Source of the DNA: Antedon mediterranea
Lineage: Eukaryota > Animalia > Echinodermata
Assembly: GCF_964355755.1 (NCBI RefSeq)
Contig: NC_092670.1
Span: 15,858,795 to 15,922,794 of the forward strand
Reading direction: 5' to 3'
Length of the DNA stretch: 64,000 nt
Of this stretch, positions 25,401 through 38,509 are shown piece after piece (within the stretch, counting starts at the first letter, position 1; each line of letters opens with the position of its first letter). A program made the position numbers and the translations under genes. Under the pieces are notes generated by a model. It worked only from the letters and a program-made list of their open reading frames with translations. It did no database searches and was not told the DNA's origin.

Positions 25401-28400
25401 TCTCCTTGTACGTAGTTCTTTCATACCAACAGACATACACAAAAACATGTAAGCGTCTATGCAACACGTAAGTATAACAAAATGCAAATTATCTTCTTGA
25501 CAGTCAGACGGGAATGAGTGAGCCCGCGCGCGATTTTTTTTTTCGTACATAAGTTGGGGACCCCTTATGTGAAAGATAGCCGAACTACTTCCTAAATAAC
25601 CCTCTAAATAATCTCTCTCACTATAAAGTAAAAAGAAGTTGCTCATGGGATTCGAACTCCATAACATCGACAAGTCCATAGTCTAATCCATTCGACGACA
25701 CAGACGGCTCGACAGAAAGGGTTTGTATTAGTGAATTGCCGTTAGATCAATTCTTATGAATATATGACGAATGAATATTCATGTTTATTTTGTGACGTTT
25801 CATGAGGGGTCCCTAACGTATTTACGAAAAAAAATATCGCAGCTGAACAAGAGCAAAGTAAACAATGCTGATATTCGATACTCTTAAGTTATATTAAAGC
25901 AATAATTATTTTAGCTGGAATCATGAATATATTAATAATCCATATCCTACTAGTATTCAATTTCACATGATACGTCGTCAACAACGGAAAATATATGGAA
26001 TGCATAATTATACAAAATGAGTGTAAGGCTCATCGCTTGTTCCGAAAGGTGAAAATCCTAATTATTGACAAGCGTCATAGTACTGTTCATGGGGTACCAT
26101 GGGACTAATTACGAGTTGATTTGATCTTCTATCTCTAAGAACTTCAGGCATATTATTACTTATGTTCCATTTTCCCCCGTATCAATCGACCATTTATCGG
26201 TTACATGAATGCATTAATCCCATTACGCAAATTGTCATCTTTATTGCATTATTTCAAATACTTTATGATCGTCTGTGGTTTAAATTAAAGTACAACACTA
26301 GTTTGATTACAGTTTACTTAAAGGATAAATTGTGAATGTCATAACATGCCAACATATTTGCATGCGGTAATCATTGTTGAAATCGTTCGATTTTTGTCAT
26401 CAACTTAACGAATGAAGGCTTTTGCCCTTTTGGATGAATCATCAATTTAAAAACATTTTGGTTCGCCTGCGCATGTGCCACTGCTCGAGCTGCGCGTGAC
26501 CCATACTCGCGGAGCTGCGCATGACCAATCAAGCTGCGTGCGCATGATCTGAGCAAAGCGAATTAATTCAAGGCACGATTTGAAAAGTATACAAAACTTA
26601 CTATCTATTTACCGTTTCTCTGTGCTGACATACTAAAAAAGCTGGCATTTAACATTCAAAATTATGTTTAATATGGTTAGATTTTTAAATCAGAACACAA
26701 GTTGATAATTTTCTACTAATCACCAAACCAAGTTTGACATTCCATCTTAAAATTTGAGAATCTATTTTTATTGATGAAATGATAAATTCGATAACTAGTG
26801 AACTTTATATTGGATTAAGTAAGATACAAGTGCCATATGCGCTTAAGTTTCGCAAATCTTCAATTTATGTCAATATAGTTTGATAGTGTAGACAGAGCTT
26901 TAGACTAAAATTAGATTACTATTTCTCCAATAAACTGGAACCATCAGTCAGCATTATCAAGCATTAAGAAATTAACTCGACCAGACTCATTATAACATAA
27001 AAATAACATTACTTTATTTTCATTTGAATAAACTATAGTCTATAAGATTCGAACACGATTACAGACCATCATGTACTAGTCTTGTTATATCCTAAGTGTG
27101 TTGAATATTCTAGTTCAATCATTTTCAATCAAGCTGTTTACATATTCATTAATTTTAATTATTTTCTTCGACTAAAGAGTTATTTTTATCTTTCTAACTG
27201 ACTTGACAGTTACAAAAAGCCTGAATCTATATGTGAATCCAAGGTGGTACAAACATACTTTGTTTAAATTTAAAATTGGCTATCCCCGCATGGCGCATGC
27301 GTGTCTCACGTAAAAAATAATACCAAAGACAGAGAGACTCTGCAAAAAAGAGACGCAATAAAACGAGCTTTCGTTTCGGGACGTTTTAAACGAACTTTTA
27401 TCGCATAATCACCGTCCGATGATACAAACCATGGTATCAAAGTGAATTTTTTATTTTTTTTAAATTTCCAAAATATTTGGTCTGTATATTTAGAATACAA
27501 ACATATAAACAACTATTTGACATGGAATCGGTAGAAAAGTGTGTGACCAATTTGAATATAGTATTAAGTGTGTACAAGAAGTTAAGTTTGAAATGATTAC
27601 ATGCGAACCAAGATATAAGACCGCCATCGGCTGATATTGGTTTACAGTCAAACTCATTCCTGAAATTGTTTTTACAGAAAATGAACACTGACATGATGTT
27701 AAATACAGCACAAGTTTGGCCGCGGGACAAAATGTATGTCATGATTATTATTCCATGTTTGTCTTGAGCAATGCCATAGTTTAGTATACACTTGGAATTG
27801 AAATTAACAGATGCATCAATAATACTCGATACAGATTGCCAGCGATATACATAGACGCGCACATTTAAAACCTGATAAAATAATCAAACCCATTTTTTTT
27901 CTTTAAATAAATCTTGAATAAAATTAAATACAAATAACAGACCTGCAGTATAAGAATAGCATTTAGAGAAGAAAACATTAAATGTTAAAGTAATGGATAC
28001 AAGTTGATCAAAACCAACCAGTTACGCCTCCTATCATTCCACTATCCTTGTTGCCATTTTCATTGGCAGGAAAGTTTTATGTTTTGTTTGTGGAAAAGCA
28101 TTGCATTTTTTTTTATCATTAATGTTGTACACCGTGCATGTGTGTTCTGAAGATCAATGGATCTTACTAACTACTTCTATCAGACGATTAGATGGTCAAT
28201 TCAACAGTTCGAGAAAGTATGTTCAGAAAACGTATTTTCCGTCGGGTATGGCATGGCTTTAGGATTTCCTTTATTATAGACTTAAATGAATACGAAAATG
28301 TCCGTATCTACTTAACATTTAACACTGTAATTGTAGTTAAACACTCATTGATGGACATCTGTCTCGGGACAAAGTTTCTGTCTGATTCAACGGCCAGTTT

Positions 28401-28533
28401 GCAATGTTGAATCTTCTTGTTACGCGATAAATATATGGAAAAGGAAACAAAATGTCCCGTGATTTAAACCTCGGCACCATACGAAGTTTGATTCTTGTTT
28501 GTATAAACATTATAAAAAGTAACGAAAAGTTAA

Positions 28534-28756
28534 AGGACAACTTGCCCGAGGACCATATTTTTACAACGTATTAGGGATGCCTACATAATTATGATTTCAG
28601 AACAATCGAGATTTAGGATCTCGCCGTACAGCAGTCGCCGTAAATTGTTGTGACGTCACAGGTGCATCGCATAATCTACTTAAAGAGTTTTCACTGTTGT
28701 TAACATACAAGAGATAGCTACTGTCACTTCAATTCAAAATATTGCATATTCCTTTT
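28534..28756. mobile_element. TTAA/AGG-ended MITE family 3, related to 59079-59250
   Basis: TTAA|AGGACAACTTGCCCGAGGACCATATTTTTACAACGTATTAGGGATG is shared with the 59 kb copy. Confidence 0.6.
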
Positions 28757-29368
28757 AGCCGTGTCGACTGTACTAAGAGGGGACTTTTTCATAGACTACC
28801 TTGTACATTTAATAATCTAAATAGCAATCATATCGATATTTTTAATGATAGACTTGGTTATTTTAAGAGGACGATGATGTGTTCACTTCTTGAACAGTCT
28901 GCATAACCTGTTTTAATTGAAATTTTTTATGGCATGCCAATCTATGTTTTATATATATATTTATATATTTTATCTGTATTTTATTGTTAACCGTTTTTGA
29001 TGTTGTATTGTTTTATGTTTCAAACCTGTTAGTGGCGGTATTTATCGCTGTTGGTTTTAATTGAATAAAAAATGAATAAAAAAAATTGCTAATTTGACCT
29101 GTATTAGGCTTAAATTTGCCAAAATGTTTAGTCTGGTATTTTGAAGAAACACTTGTTCAATATCCAGATAGGCAAAAGATTAACTAATATTATGTCAAAA
29201 CTCCGTCTGGAACCCATACTAGTTAAGTCCATTCGTACTTTACAACGATGACCGGTTACACGCGTACAGTATCTCACACACTGATCGATCTGTACCAGCC
29301 CAGTAAAAAATAAGAGGCATCTACGCCATATTTTGTACTCATATATATATTTTTGTTTATTTTCCTAG

Positions 29369-30436
29369 GTTAAATGAATGTTTTAAGATAAACCAGGCTG
29401 TGTTGATCTATAACAATGACGTGGATGAGAAAAAAATGTCATTTAAACAAAATCAAATGCCCGAACTGTCACCTTTTCAATACATCACCGAGTTTCTTAG
29501 CGGGAGTTTTAATAAACGAGATTGTCTGCTGAATTCATACTTCAGCGACATCCAATTACCTACAATGCAACATACATGCGCCATAGTTGCCAGTGGTGGA
29601 ATTCTCCGTGGAAGCAATTGTGGAGATGAAATAAACCGACATGATTTTGTATTTCGTGCAAATCTTGCTCCAATTCAAGGGTACACGGCAGACGTTGGAT
29701 ACAAAACTAATATAACTATGCTTAATTTAGAATCATTAGCTAGAATTTATAGAAACTTCACAGAAAAGACTTCTGATAGTCATGTCGTCGAAGACATGAT
29801 CCTGAATCGGATACGTTTTCTGAATGATTCAATCCTCTGGTTTGGAAAAAGTATGCAGAGACAAGACGCAAAGATAAAACTTAAAAAAGTGATTGAGGTT
29901 ATCAGAAAGAAACATAATCTTCCGGTCAGGGTGGCTTACAGTTGGAAATCTATTTCAATAGAAAGGTAATTTAGGCCTACCGGTCATTAGTACTATAGGT
30001 TGTAATGAGTTAGTTACCTAGGATAGAAACAGTTTTCACAGTCACATATTGTGACGTCAGCTCTTTCCTGGGACCCCTACAACAGAATAATGAATTGTTC
30101 ACATTGATTACGTGCCTGATCATTGTATAGTTGCAACAAATATAAAACGTTATTATTTTATATTTTATTAGGTATTGGAAACTCCTGCATCATGCTACCA
30201 CCGGCTTCAATATGTACGCAGTTGCCGCGCAAATATGTGACAACATCGCCCTCTATGGGTTCTATCCATATAGTGAACTTGACGACGGTAGTCATATACA
30301 ACACCATTATTATGGAGATTTGAAACACTTTTTCTACCGTAGTCACGTGCACAATATGCCATTAGAGTTTTCAAAATTGCAAAACGATGCAATGACGAAG
30401 GACAATGTACGATTAATAACAAAACCGTGTAAATAA
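29369..30436 (+). CDS. Alpha-2,8-sialyltransferase-like (GT29, ST8Sia II/III/IV-like), last two coding exons, 5' exons unresolved
   Basis: Exons 29369-29965 and 30172-30436 (GT-AG, phase 2). Sialylmotif L is CAIVASGGILRGSNCGDEINRHDFVFRANLAP..DVGYKT, followed by LNDSILW. Motif S is ATTGFNMYAVAAQICDNIALYGFYPY, motif III is HYY, VS is HNMPLEF, and the ST8Sia-type C-terminal Cys is present (TKPCK*). Confidence 0.9.
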
Positions 30437-32380
30437 ATGGAATTATAAATTAACAATACAGATTTTTTGGTGCGATTTTGTACGGTGATTAAAGTGTTTT
30501 TTGATTTGACAAGAGTAAGTTACTAAATAAAGAATAACATCTCCATATAAAATAGTCATTCAGAATTGTATAACTTTTAGGCCTACCCCCAAGAAAAATG
30601 TTTTCAATTCATACTAGGCCTATTGGACGTTAACAACCAATTATCGAGATCGTGTCCAACCGATCTAATGATGACGAAGGCTTAATATTCTTGGTTGTTG
30701 ACAGTTCTATCATAGCATGTCACTATGTGCATGCGCAAGTTGACTTTTCACTTAATGCATTTCACCACAGCACAATTTACCTCGCCAATAAAGCGTGTAC
30801 CCCATACAACAACTTCAATTAATACAAATCATAAAAATAAAAGTTATTCCGATACACTTCAATTATTACATTATGAATCGACGAACGGGAACGATATATT
30901 AATGGTTTATTTTACACTACCTATAACTATATAGATTTATGGCCATAATAACCATCAGATTTTAAATTTTAATCTAAATATATTTCCACTGGGAACCATG
31001 ATAATAAAAACATAGAGGTATTGGCACCAAAAAACAATTAAATATTACCACTGCCTTGAGATATTAATAACTCATCAACGACACACAACCAAAAGTGCAA
31101 ACGATCAAATTGATAACGCCTCATAACAGCAATAATTACCATCGAAATGTGTATATGCACGCCTACATTTTACGCACGCACACAAACCAGAATGTGAGCA
31201 CAATTGTACCGAAATTTCGTATGGTACGGTAAATGAAATGTCAATAAAACATTGGCGTACATTTTTACACATTTATGATTATAAATTAATTAAGATCATG
31301 AAACCAATGAGCATAATACCAATTCATTCCAAAAAGTGGTATATTTCTGCATAATTATATAAAATAAATCACCCCACTTAATGAATTTAACTACCTTTTA
31401 ATACCAATAACTTCTAACTTCCTAATTTCGTTACAACTCATTACCGGCAACTTACAAAACGTTTCGGCATCTGGATATCCGAACGTAACCGGTTAGATAA
31501 CTTACTTCGTTAATTGGTTATTGGAATTATGGTAACAACACCTGACAGTCTATTCCTTTGTATATGGCGCACGCTATCTGCGTAAATGATTTGAAAATAG
31601 CATAGCAAATAAAAAATGTATATAACACTAGCATTTTGAATGCAGCAGGATAGCCATAGCACACTGTCTCTTCATACGGAATTGTACGTCCGACGAGACT
31701 GTTACCATGATTTGACCAAAGATCTGTCTACGATCTGGCTATCGTCGTATTAAAGCCATGTTTTCTCTCGCAAAAACATTAAATTGGGTCATAAAATTAG
31801 AATTGCTGCAATTCACAATTTACGTTTAGTAATGTTTTACGATATTGAGTGATAAAAAAGAGAAATGCTTTACAGATTAATACACTCCTTTAAAAGGTTT
31901 GTCCTTCATTACTTTCTACAAACTATCTGTTATTATGCATGCAAGCCTACTAATTTATAGGTCCATGCTGTAGCTAAAATTACACTTGAAGCAGATTTAA
32001 GCCGATGAATTTATCATATTGCAGTATTTTGTACACAGGGCTTTCCAAAAAGGAATAACGTGGTACAGCATATAATGTACAATGCATCGACTTTAAAAAA
32101 AAATTATAAAAAGACGTAGTTCAGGGAAGTTCATCTTCATCATCGTCATTATCATCATCTATATAATTCTTTTAACGACATACTAATGAATAAATTAGGC
32201 TACTATATACCGTATACAGTTTATAACCACAGGCGTAAGGTATCATCTGCATGTCGCAGATCCAGGATTTTAAAAAAGAAAAGGAGGGTTGTAAAAATAC
32301 CGTGCTGAACTAATGTTAGTGGGAACAAAACTGATAACAAGGAGCAGCCATTCAGGGTACACCTCTATATTATTAAGATG

Positions 32381-33242
32381 ACACTGTATTGGGTCTGAAG
32401 GTGTTCCCTTATAGGTGACACTGTATTGGGTCTGAAGGTGTTCCCTTATAGGTTACACTGTATTGGGTCTGAAGGTGTTCCCTTATAGGTTACACTGTAT
32501 TGGGTCTGAAGGTGTTCCCTTATAGGTTACACTGTATTGGGTCTGAAGGTGTTCCCTTATAGGTGACACTGTATTGAGTCTGAAGGTGTTCCCTTATAGG
32601 TTACACTGTATTGGGTCTGAAGGTGTTCCCTTATAGGTTACACTGTATTGGGTCTGAAGGTGTTCCCTTATAGGTGACACTGTATTGGGTCTGAAGGTGT
32701 TCCCTTATAGGTTACACTGTATTGGGTCTGAAGGTGTTCCCTTATAGGTTACACTGTATTGGGTCTGAAGGTGTTCCCTTATAGGTTACACTGTATTGGG
32801 TCTGAAGGTGTTCCCTTATAGGTTACACTGTATTGGGTCTGAAGGTGTTCCCTTATAGGTGACACTGTATTGGGTCTGAAGGTGTTCCCTTATAGGTTAC
32901 ACTGTATTGGGTCTGAAGGTGTTCCCTTATAGGTGACACTGTATTGGGTCTGAAGGTGTTCCCTTATAGGTTACACTGTATTGGGTCTGAAGGTGTTCCC
33001 TTATAGGTTACACTGTATTGGGTCTGAAGGTGTTCCCTTATAGGTGACACTGTATTGGGTCTGAAGGTGTTCCCTTATAGGTTACACTGTATTGGGTCTG
33101 AAGGTGTTCCCTTATAGGTGACACTGTATTGGGTCTGAAGGTGTTCCCTTATAGGTTACACTGTATTGGGTCTGAAGGTGTTCCCTTATAGGTGACACTG
33201 TATTGAGTCTGAAGGTGTTCCCTTATAGGTTACACTGTATTG
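32381..33242. repeat. 37-bp minisatellite, 23 full copies (ACACTGTATTGGGTCTGAAGGTGTTCCCTTATAGGTK)
   Basis: Head-to-tail units with no spacers. Variation is limited to T/G at one position and two G>A variants. Confidence 0.97.
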
Positions 33243-33922
33243 TATTAATTACCGATTTTTTGGATTAATATTAGTAAAAATATAAACATTTTGGAACATA
33301 TGGCGTTTCATCGATAAGAATCGAAATAAATACTTGGGGAAAGTCTTCATCCATGTCCTATACTTGGAAGAAGCTCTGAGATAAAGTAAAATAATAATGT
33401 TTACACCAATTGGTATAAACACCCCAAATTCACAAAACTACTTGTAGATAGCGTCCTACTTTCACATTTTTGGAGCAGCAACTGAGATAATAATCGTCGT
33501 ATTTTTCTAATGCGGATGTTTTTAAAGTGGATTAAAAGATTTTATATCTACTGAAATCTAGATAGTAGATCAGGTTGCATCGCTGTTTTTCATGTACGTT
33601 GATAGTTGTAGAGATTAACGATGAAATAATGAACTAACTCGTTTAGATGTATAATTTAGACAGCTGTATCCGCATCATCCAATCGATAATAATTTTGCCG
33701 TAAAATGATCAAATAGCATATAAAGGATTGGCGTGCACGATCAAAGTGTTTATTAATGTCAGATTATACCCGTGTTAATTTTATATTAAACATATTTCCT
33801 TACAACTTAATAGTAAATGTTCTATTGTATGATAAATGTTATGAAAATAAACACAATTACACATGGTATATAGCCATGGATATATAATGGAAGCGTTGGA
33901 TTTGCGATAACATTGGAACTAA

Positions 33923-34053
33923 AGCTCTGGCCAAACTATCAAACTAGTTTGACAAAAAAGTTGGATGTGCCCAAATATGGTAGTGATATGACATCATGTC
34001 TATATATGGGCACATCATATTTGTTGAAACAGAAAGTTTAATAGTGTAGAGCT
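33923..34053. mobile_element. MITE family 2
   Basis: AGCTCTGGCCAAACTATCAAACT...AGTTTAATAGTGTAGAGCT. Confidence 0.7.
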
Positions 34054-34562
34054 TAAGTTAGATCATGTTAATTTATTGTACGCATGCGCTGCTGGAAAGT
34101 TGGTACGTCACGGTATTATTCGATCTTCAACACAATATTGGTGGTTTAGGTCCAGATGACCACTGATGAAACATCAATGCGTGGGTCTAGGCCGACGGGG
34201 TGCGTTACACGTCTAAAGCACTCCCTGTCCTTGCAAGTTGGCGATTCTATAGTCATATATTTTACCATTGTTTCCTTCACATTCTGTCTAAACACTTCCT
34301 AAGCTAATAATTTAAAAGCATTTTAAGAAGATTAAATAAAAAAAACAATTAAACAAATCACCATATACAAAGCTAAGCAATCAGTTTTACAACGATTGTA
34401 AAAATATAAATTATTGAGACGTGGATTGAATAGAGTATTGAAGAAGAAGTTGAAGAACACACAGAACAGTAACCTTTTATAGAAATATATCACATACTGG
34501 TCAATTTTGGACAATGTAAAATGTGATTGTTATATCTTTTATTGGTATGGTGCTTTCGATCC

Positions 34563-35040
34563 TTTTATGCATGAAGTAATGTTACTAGTTGTTGAATTCA
34601 ACAGAGTGAAAATTACATATAGTTGACGAATGCAATGGCGTTAAGTTATTGGCCTATAAATAAATTAGATTTAAAAACGTGTTAATGCTAAACGAATATT
34701 TTGTTACTACGATATTAAACGTTAATTGTATTTTTAATGTTTGTATTGACATTATAAATCATAAAGCATTACAATTTACTTTTATTTCTGTCTGTGCTTT
34801 TGTTTTATGCATGAGGTACACTAGTTATTGAATTCAACTTTTTTATAACAGAGTGAAAAATTACATATAGTTGACAAATTTAATGGCGTTAAGTTATTGG
34901 CCTATAAATAGATTAGATTTAAAAACGTTTTAATGTTAAACGAATATAGTTTACTACAATGAAACGTCAAGTCCACATTTTGTATTGTCAGAATAAATCA
35001 TAAAACATTACAATTTAGTTTCATTTTGTCTGTGTTTTTT
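34563..35040. repeat. Diverged tandem duplication of about 240 bp
   Basis: TTTTATGCATGA...AATGGCGTTAAGTTATTGGCCTATAAATA occurs at 34563 and again at 34803. Confidence 0.85.
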
Positions 35041-35139
35041 AAAACCCGTCAGTGTGCACCACGACATGGTGGTGAAATGATATAGCTTTTCATCGTCATA
35101 TAAGTTCCACAATCAACATACTGATTATTACGGAACTAG

Positions 35140-35243
35140 AGGCCTAACAGAAGACTGTGTGTGACAGTGGCTGTGTGAACTAGTACTACCAGGGTAACCC
35201 TAACCCCTAATCGTCTCAAAAGATGTACTAGGTTCTTTAAAGT
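35140..35243 (-). mobile_element. Fragment of the Deu/Nin SINE
   Basis: CGTCTCAAAAGATGTACTAGGTTCTTTAAAGT is the reverse complement of about 37247-37278. Confidence 0.7.
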
Positions 35244-35309
35244 TTATTTATTGAATAAACTAATTGAATACACGAATAAAAGTACACACGAGTATTTTGT
35301 GTACACTTT

Positions 35310-35341
<32 letters not shown>

Positions 35342-35989
35342 TTAAACACGGAGCGATTGAGATTCGAACGCTTGTTAATATTATGTACGGCTTCTGTACG
35401 TACGACACGAGTATCAACTTTGAGATTACAAAACAATAAATCTATCAAACTGAAGCAGTTGGTAAATATTACTATTATTAATTCAATGACTGCATATCGA
35501 TAGGCCCCGAGTGTGAACTATATAATGACCACGGCATCGTTAAATAAAATAATATTTTGTATGTACCGATTAATCTTCACTCGAAGTATGGCTATCATCG
35601 TAACTGTATCGTACCCATTAATATATCTATAGAAAGTTGAGCAATTATGATATGTCGGTTTATCATGACCTATCGAGTTTCATTCGCATAACTTACTACA
35701 AAACGCCTCCTCAGTATGTTGTATGTTATGTCAATCAGCATTTCAATTATATGGAATAAAATATTATCACAAAGCTATCATAAGAAAAATCTTGAAAATT
35801 GAAATAGGGCCTAAACTATCTTTAAAAAAATACGATTACTTTAAGATTTATAGTAAAATTCTAGATAATGTGGGTCACAAATTAAAGAACTAAATGAAAC
35901 ATAAAATTTAGATATAGGCCCCCCTAATAATATTCCTGATAAAATAAAACAACAAAATAATAAAATTACATTATAAAATACTATTTTAA

Positions 35990-36180
35990 AAGAAAGAATG
36001 GAACATTTAACTGGGAAAATTGACGGAAAGAAAAGCGGGAAGACAAAGAGTCCAATTCATACAAACGACTGGCAACGGTCAGGGACATGGGGGTTTCCAG
36101 GACCAATTGCAACTAATAGCCGGCCAGACATGAAGATGTCCACTAAGTCATCGTTCATAGGGAAAAGACACCAGAAGAAG
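35990..36180 (+). mobile_element. Degenerate 3' end of an RTE-clade LINE
   Basis: EHLTGKIDGKKS/GRQRVQF (one frameshift) resembles the RTE ORF C-terminal motif GKIEGxRxRGRQR. It ends in AGAAGAAG. Confidence 0.5.
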
Positions 36181-37081
36181 ATTGTAGTAATTGTAATCAT
36201 AAGCAGAAAAAGAAAAGAAATGATAGCTATTAAAAATGTTCAAGACAAAGTTGGCTGAAACAACAAGGGATTTCTACCTCCATGATGATATTGTTATTTA
36301 TAAAAGTAATTCTGCGTTCTCATTTTGGTGTGTATAAAAACATATTATAATGATCCGTCTGGAACCGCATTAGGCTGAAACACAATCTGTTTTTTAATGA
36401 AAACATATTTCGAATTTATTACTTAAATAAATTCAAATTGCGTTTATTGGCGCACTATAAAAAGCAGAATCGTAGTGAGTCTATAATAAAACAACGAAAC
36501 ATGCTTTGAATACAGTCTGACGTAATACCGTGCTTATTTCAACTCAGGCATTGCATTCTAAAAACTAATGGAATGCGCAAGTATAGGCCTAACAGGTATT
36601 TTCATTTTGTTGTTCGCCAAAATCTTGTCATGGTATAGCGTCAGACATATAACGCGATGAACGAAAGATAAACGCGGTTGATTTGCGAGTAAAATGGCAG
36701 ACGCATGATGTTTATACATATTCTATTTCTATCGACAGATGGTCGCAAATGCCACTTGATGAAATCAAAAGTCTCTGAAAATTCCATTACGTTTTAAATG
36801 TAAAGCTTAATCTTCCATTTACATGTTTAAGTAAAAGTACAATCCTGACTAGAGCCACACAATTAATAATATTGTGCATTTATGTAATCCACTAATGTAA
36901 TTAATATAAATTCAAATCAGTTATGAATATCACTATAGGAAATGTGAATATAATATGGAACTTAAGATAGATAACGTAAACATGAATAATAAATTGATTT
37001 GATTAGAAAAAGAACATATGCATTACGGTACAAGTAGCTTTAATAATATCTATTATGGAGATTTACTGAAGAGACAAGTTA

Positions 37082-37405
37082 AGTGAGTGAGTGGCCGAGC
37101 GGTTAAGACAGTGGAACCGTAATCACGTAGCCATAACATCGGCAGGGGTTCGAGGCTCACTCACTCCATGGTTCTGGTGGTAGAACGAGTCTTCTCGGAT
37201 AAGGACTATAAACCGTAGGTCCAGTGTACACAACTTGCTCGTGTGCACTTTAAAGAACCTAGTACATCTTTCGAGACGAGTAGGGGGTTACCCCGGTGTA
37301 TTAGTACATCACAGCCACTGATCACCAACTGGGCCCTCTGGGAGATCAGTCTTTGACTGAAGAGGTCACCCAGTATAAAGATAAAACAAACAAACAAACA
37401 AACAA
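37082..37405 (+). mobile_element. Full-length tRNA-derived SINE with a Deu/Nin-type core
   Basis: A box TGGCCGAGCGG, B box GGTTCGAGGC, paired GAGTGAG/CTCACTC ends, core CTCGGATAAGGACTATAAACCGTAGGTCC..TAAAGAACC..GAGTAGGGGTTACCCCGG, and a (CAAA)n tail. Confidence 0.85.
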
Positions 37406-37409
37406 TAAG

Positions 37410-37880
37410 ATCAACCCAGTATCCGAAGGAACGGAGAATGGTTGAAATTGACAATAATGATAAGGTTTCATGCAAAGTATAGGCAGGGAAAGAACTAGAA
37501 CCAGGAATCTGCTACAAGATTGCTAAAAGAGGTGGTGGTGGGTAATCCATATTGCAAAACAATAGATGGACAGCTACGGTGATTAAGTTCACTTAGGTTG
37601 ACCATGGTCTTTAGGTTGACCATGGTCTCCCCAATTTCAGTTTTTCTTTGTTATGTATAATATACTGAAATAGACCGAATAATGAATGAAATGAAATGAC
37701 AAGCAGATTGCAAGCAAGGGAGGGAAAAGGAAAAAGAGGCAACCCAAAAAAGAGATAGAAAAGAGAAATGATCTGAAGAAATACGAAAACAACTGGTTGA
37801 GAATAGCAAAAGAGTGAAGAAAATGGAGAACTTTGGAGGAGGGATACACTGTACTTATTTGCAATGGACTGCAAAATAAT
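37410..37880 (+). mobile_element. Degenerate RTE-clade LINE 3' remnant
   Basis: Broken frames KRWWWVIHIA/NNRWTATV and WLRIAKE*RKWRTLGEGY..QWT resemble the RTE C-terminal motifs KWRWAGHIAR..NRWT and W..A.DR..W..L.EAY..QW. Confidence 0.5.
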
Positions 37881-38509
37881 AAAGGAAAAAAAATCCCTAT
37901 TGTGCTCTATGTTCTATCCAAAGTATAAAGACGTATAAGTGCTTACAAATCCCACATTACATTTGTGAAGAGTATCTTAATTTAATGGATTGAAATACGA
38001 CCAGTCTCTGATCATCATTTTATATAACTTGTGTGTTGCATAAATGAATGTTTCCAGGAGATTTATAAAATATTATACCTGCATTAATATTTGTGATGAT
38101 TCATTTGTAGTGGAAATTTTTGCAGACGACACGGGATTTTGTGGCGGTAAACGACACAGGAGTAAATTATTATCTTAATGAAATTTTAAAGAAAATTGTG
38201 TCCTGGATATTCTGCTTTCTTCTTCTTCTTGAAACGTTTTCCGTCATTACGCTCTCCACGAATTGTTTCCATATATATCTGTTTTTGCAGGATGGTTTGT
38301 TATTGTGCTAAAGTTTACAATTTTTCCTTTTAAATCTTTTTTATTTGGTTTATCTAGTTTTCTTTTGGTCTTCCTGGTGTGTTTTTATCTTTCTTTTCAG
38401 TTTTCTGCATTGTTTGTTTAATTGTTGTATCATCCGGTAGTCTGTGTATGTGTGTGTTTAATCTTCTTCGTCTTTTACTCTTTTCTTCTGTTGTTTTTCT
38501 TAAAACACT

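Noticed and set aside
27437-27862. 141-aa minus-strand ORF
   Set aside because: No recognisable domain. It lies antisense within the probable sialyltransferase locus.
32381-33242. CRISPR array (37-bp repeat)
   Set aside because: The units are contiguous with no unique spacers, there are no cas genes, and the context is eukaryotic.
35998-36258. Restriction-like endonuclease motif (FP..IAT..RPD) in the 86-aa ORF
   Set aside because: The downstream ELT/K motif is missing, and the segment fits a frameshifted RTE 3' end better.
37082-37168. Functional tRNA gene
   Set aside because: The anticodon arm is irregular, there is no T-run terminator, and it continues into a SINE body and tail.
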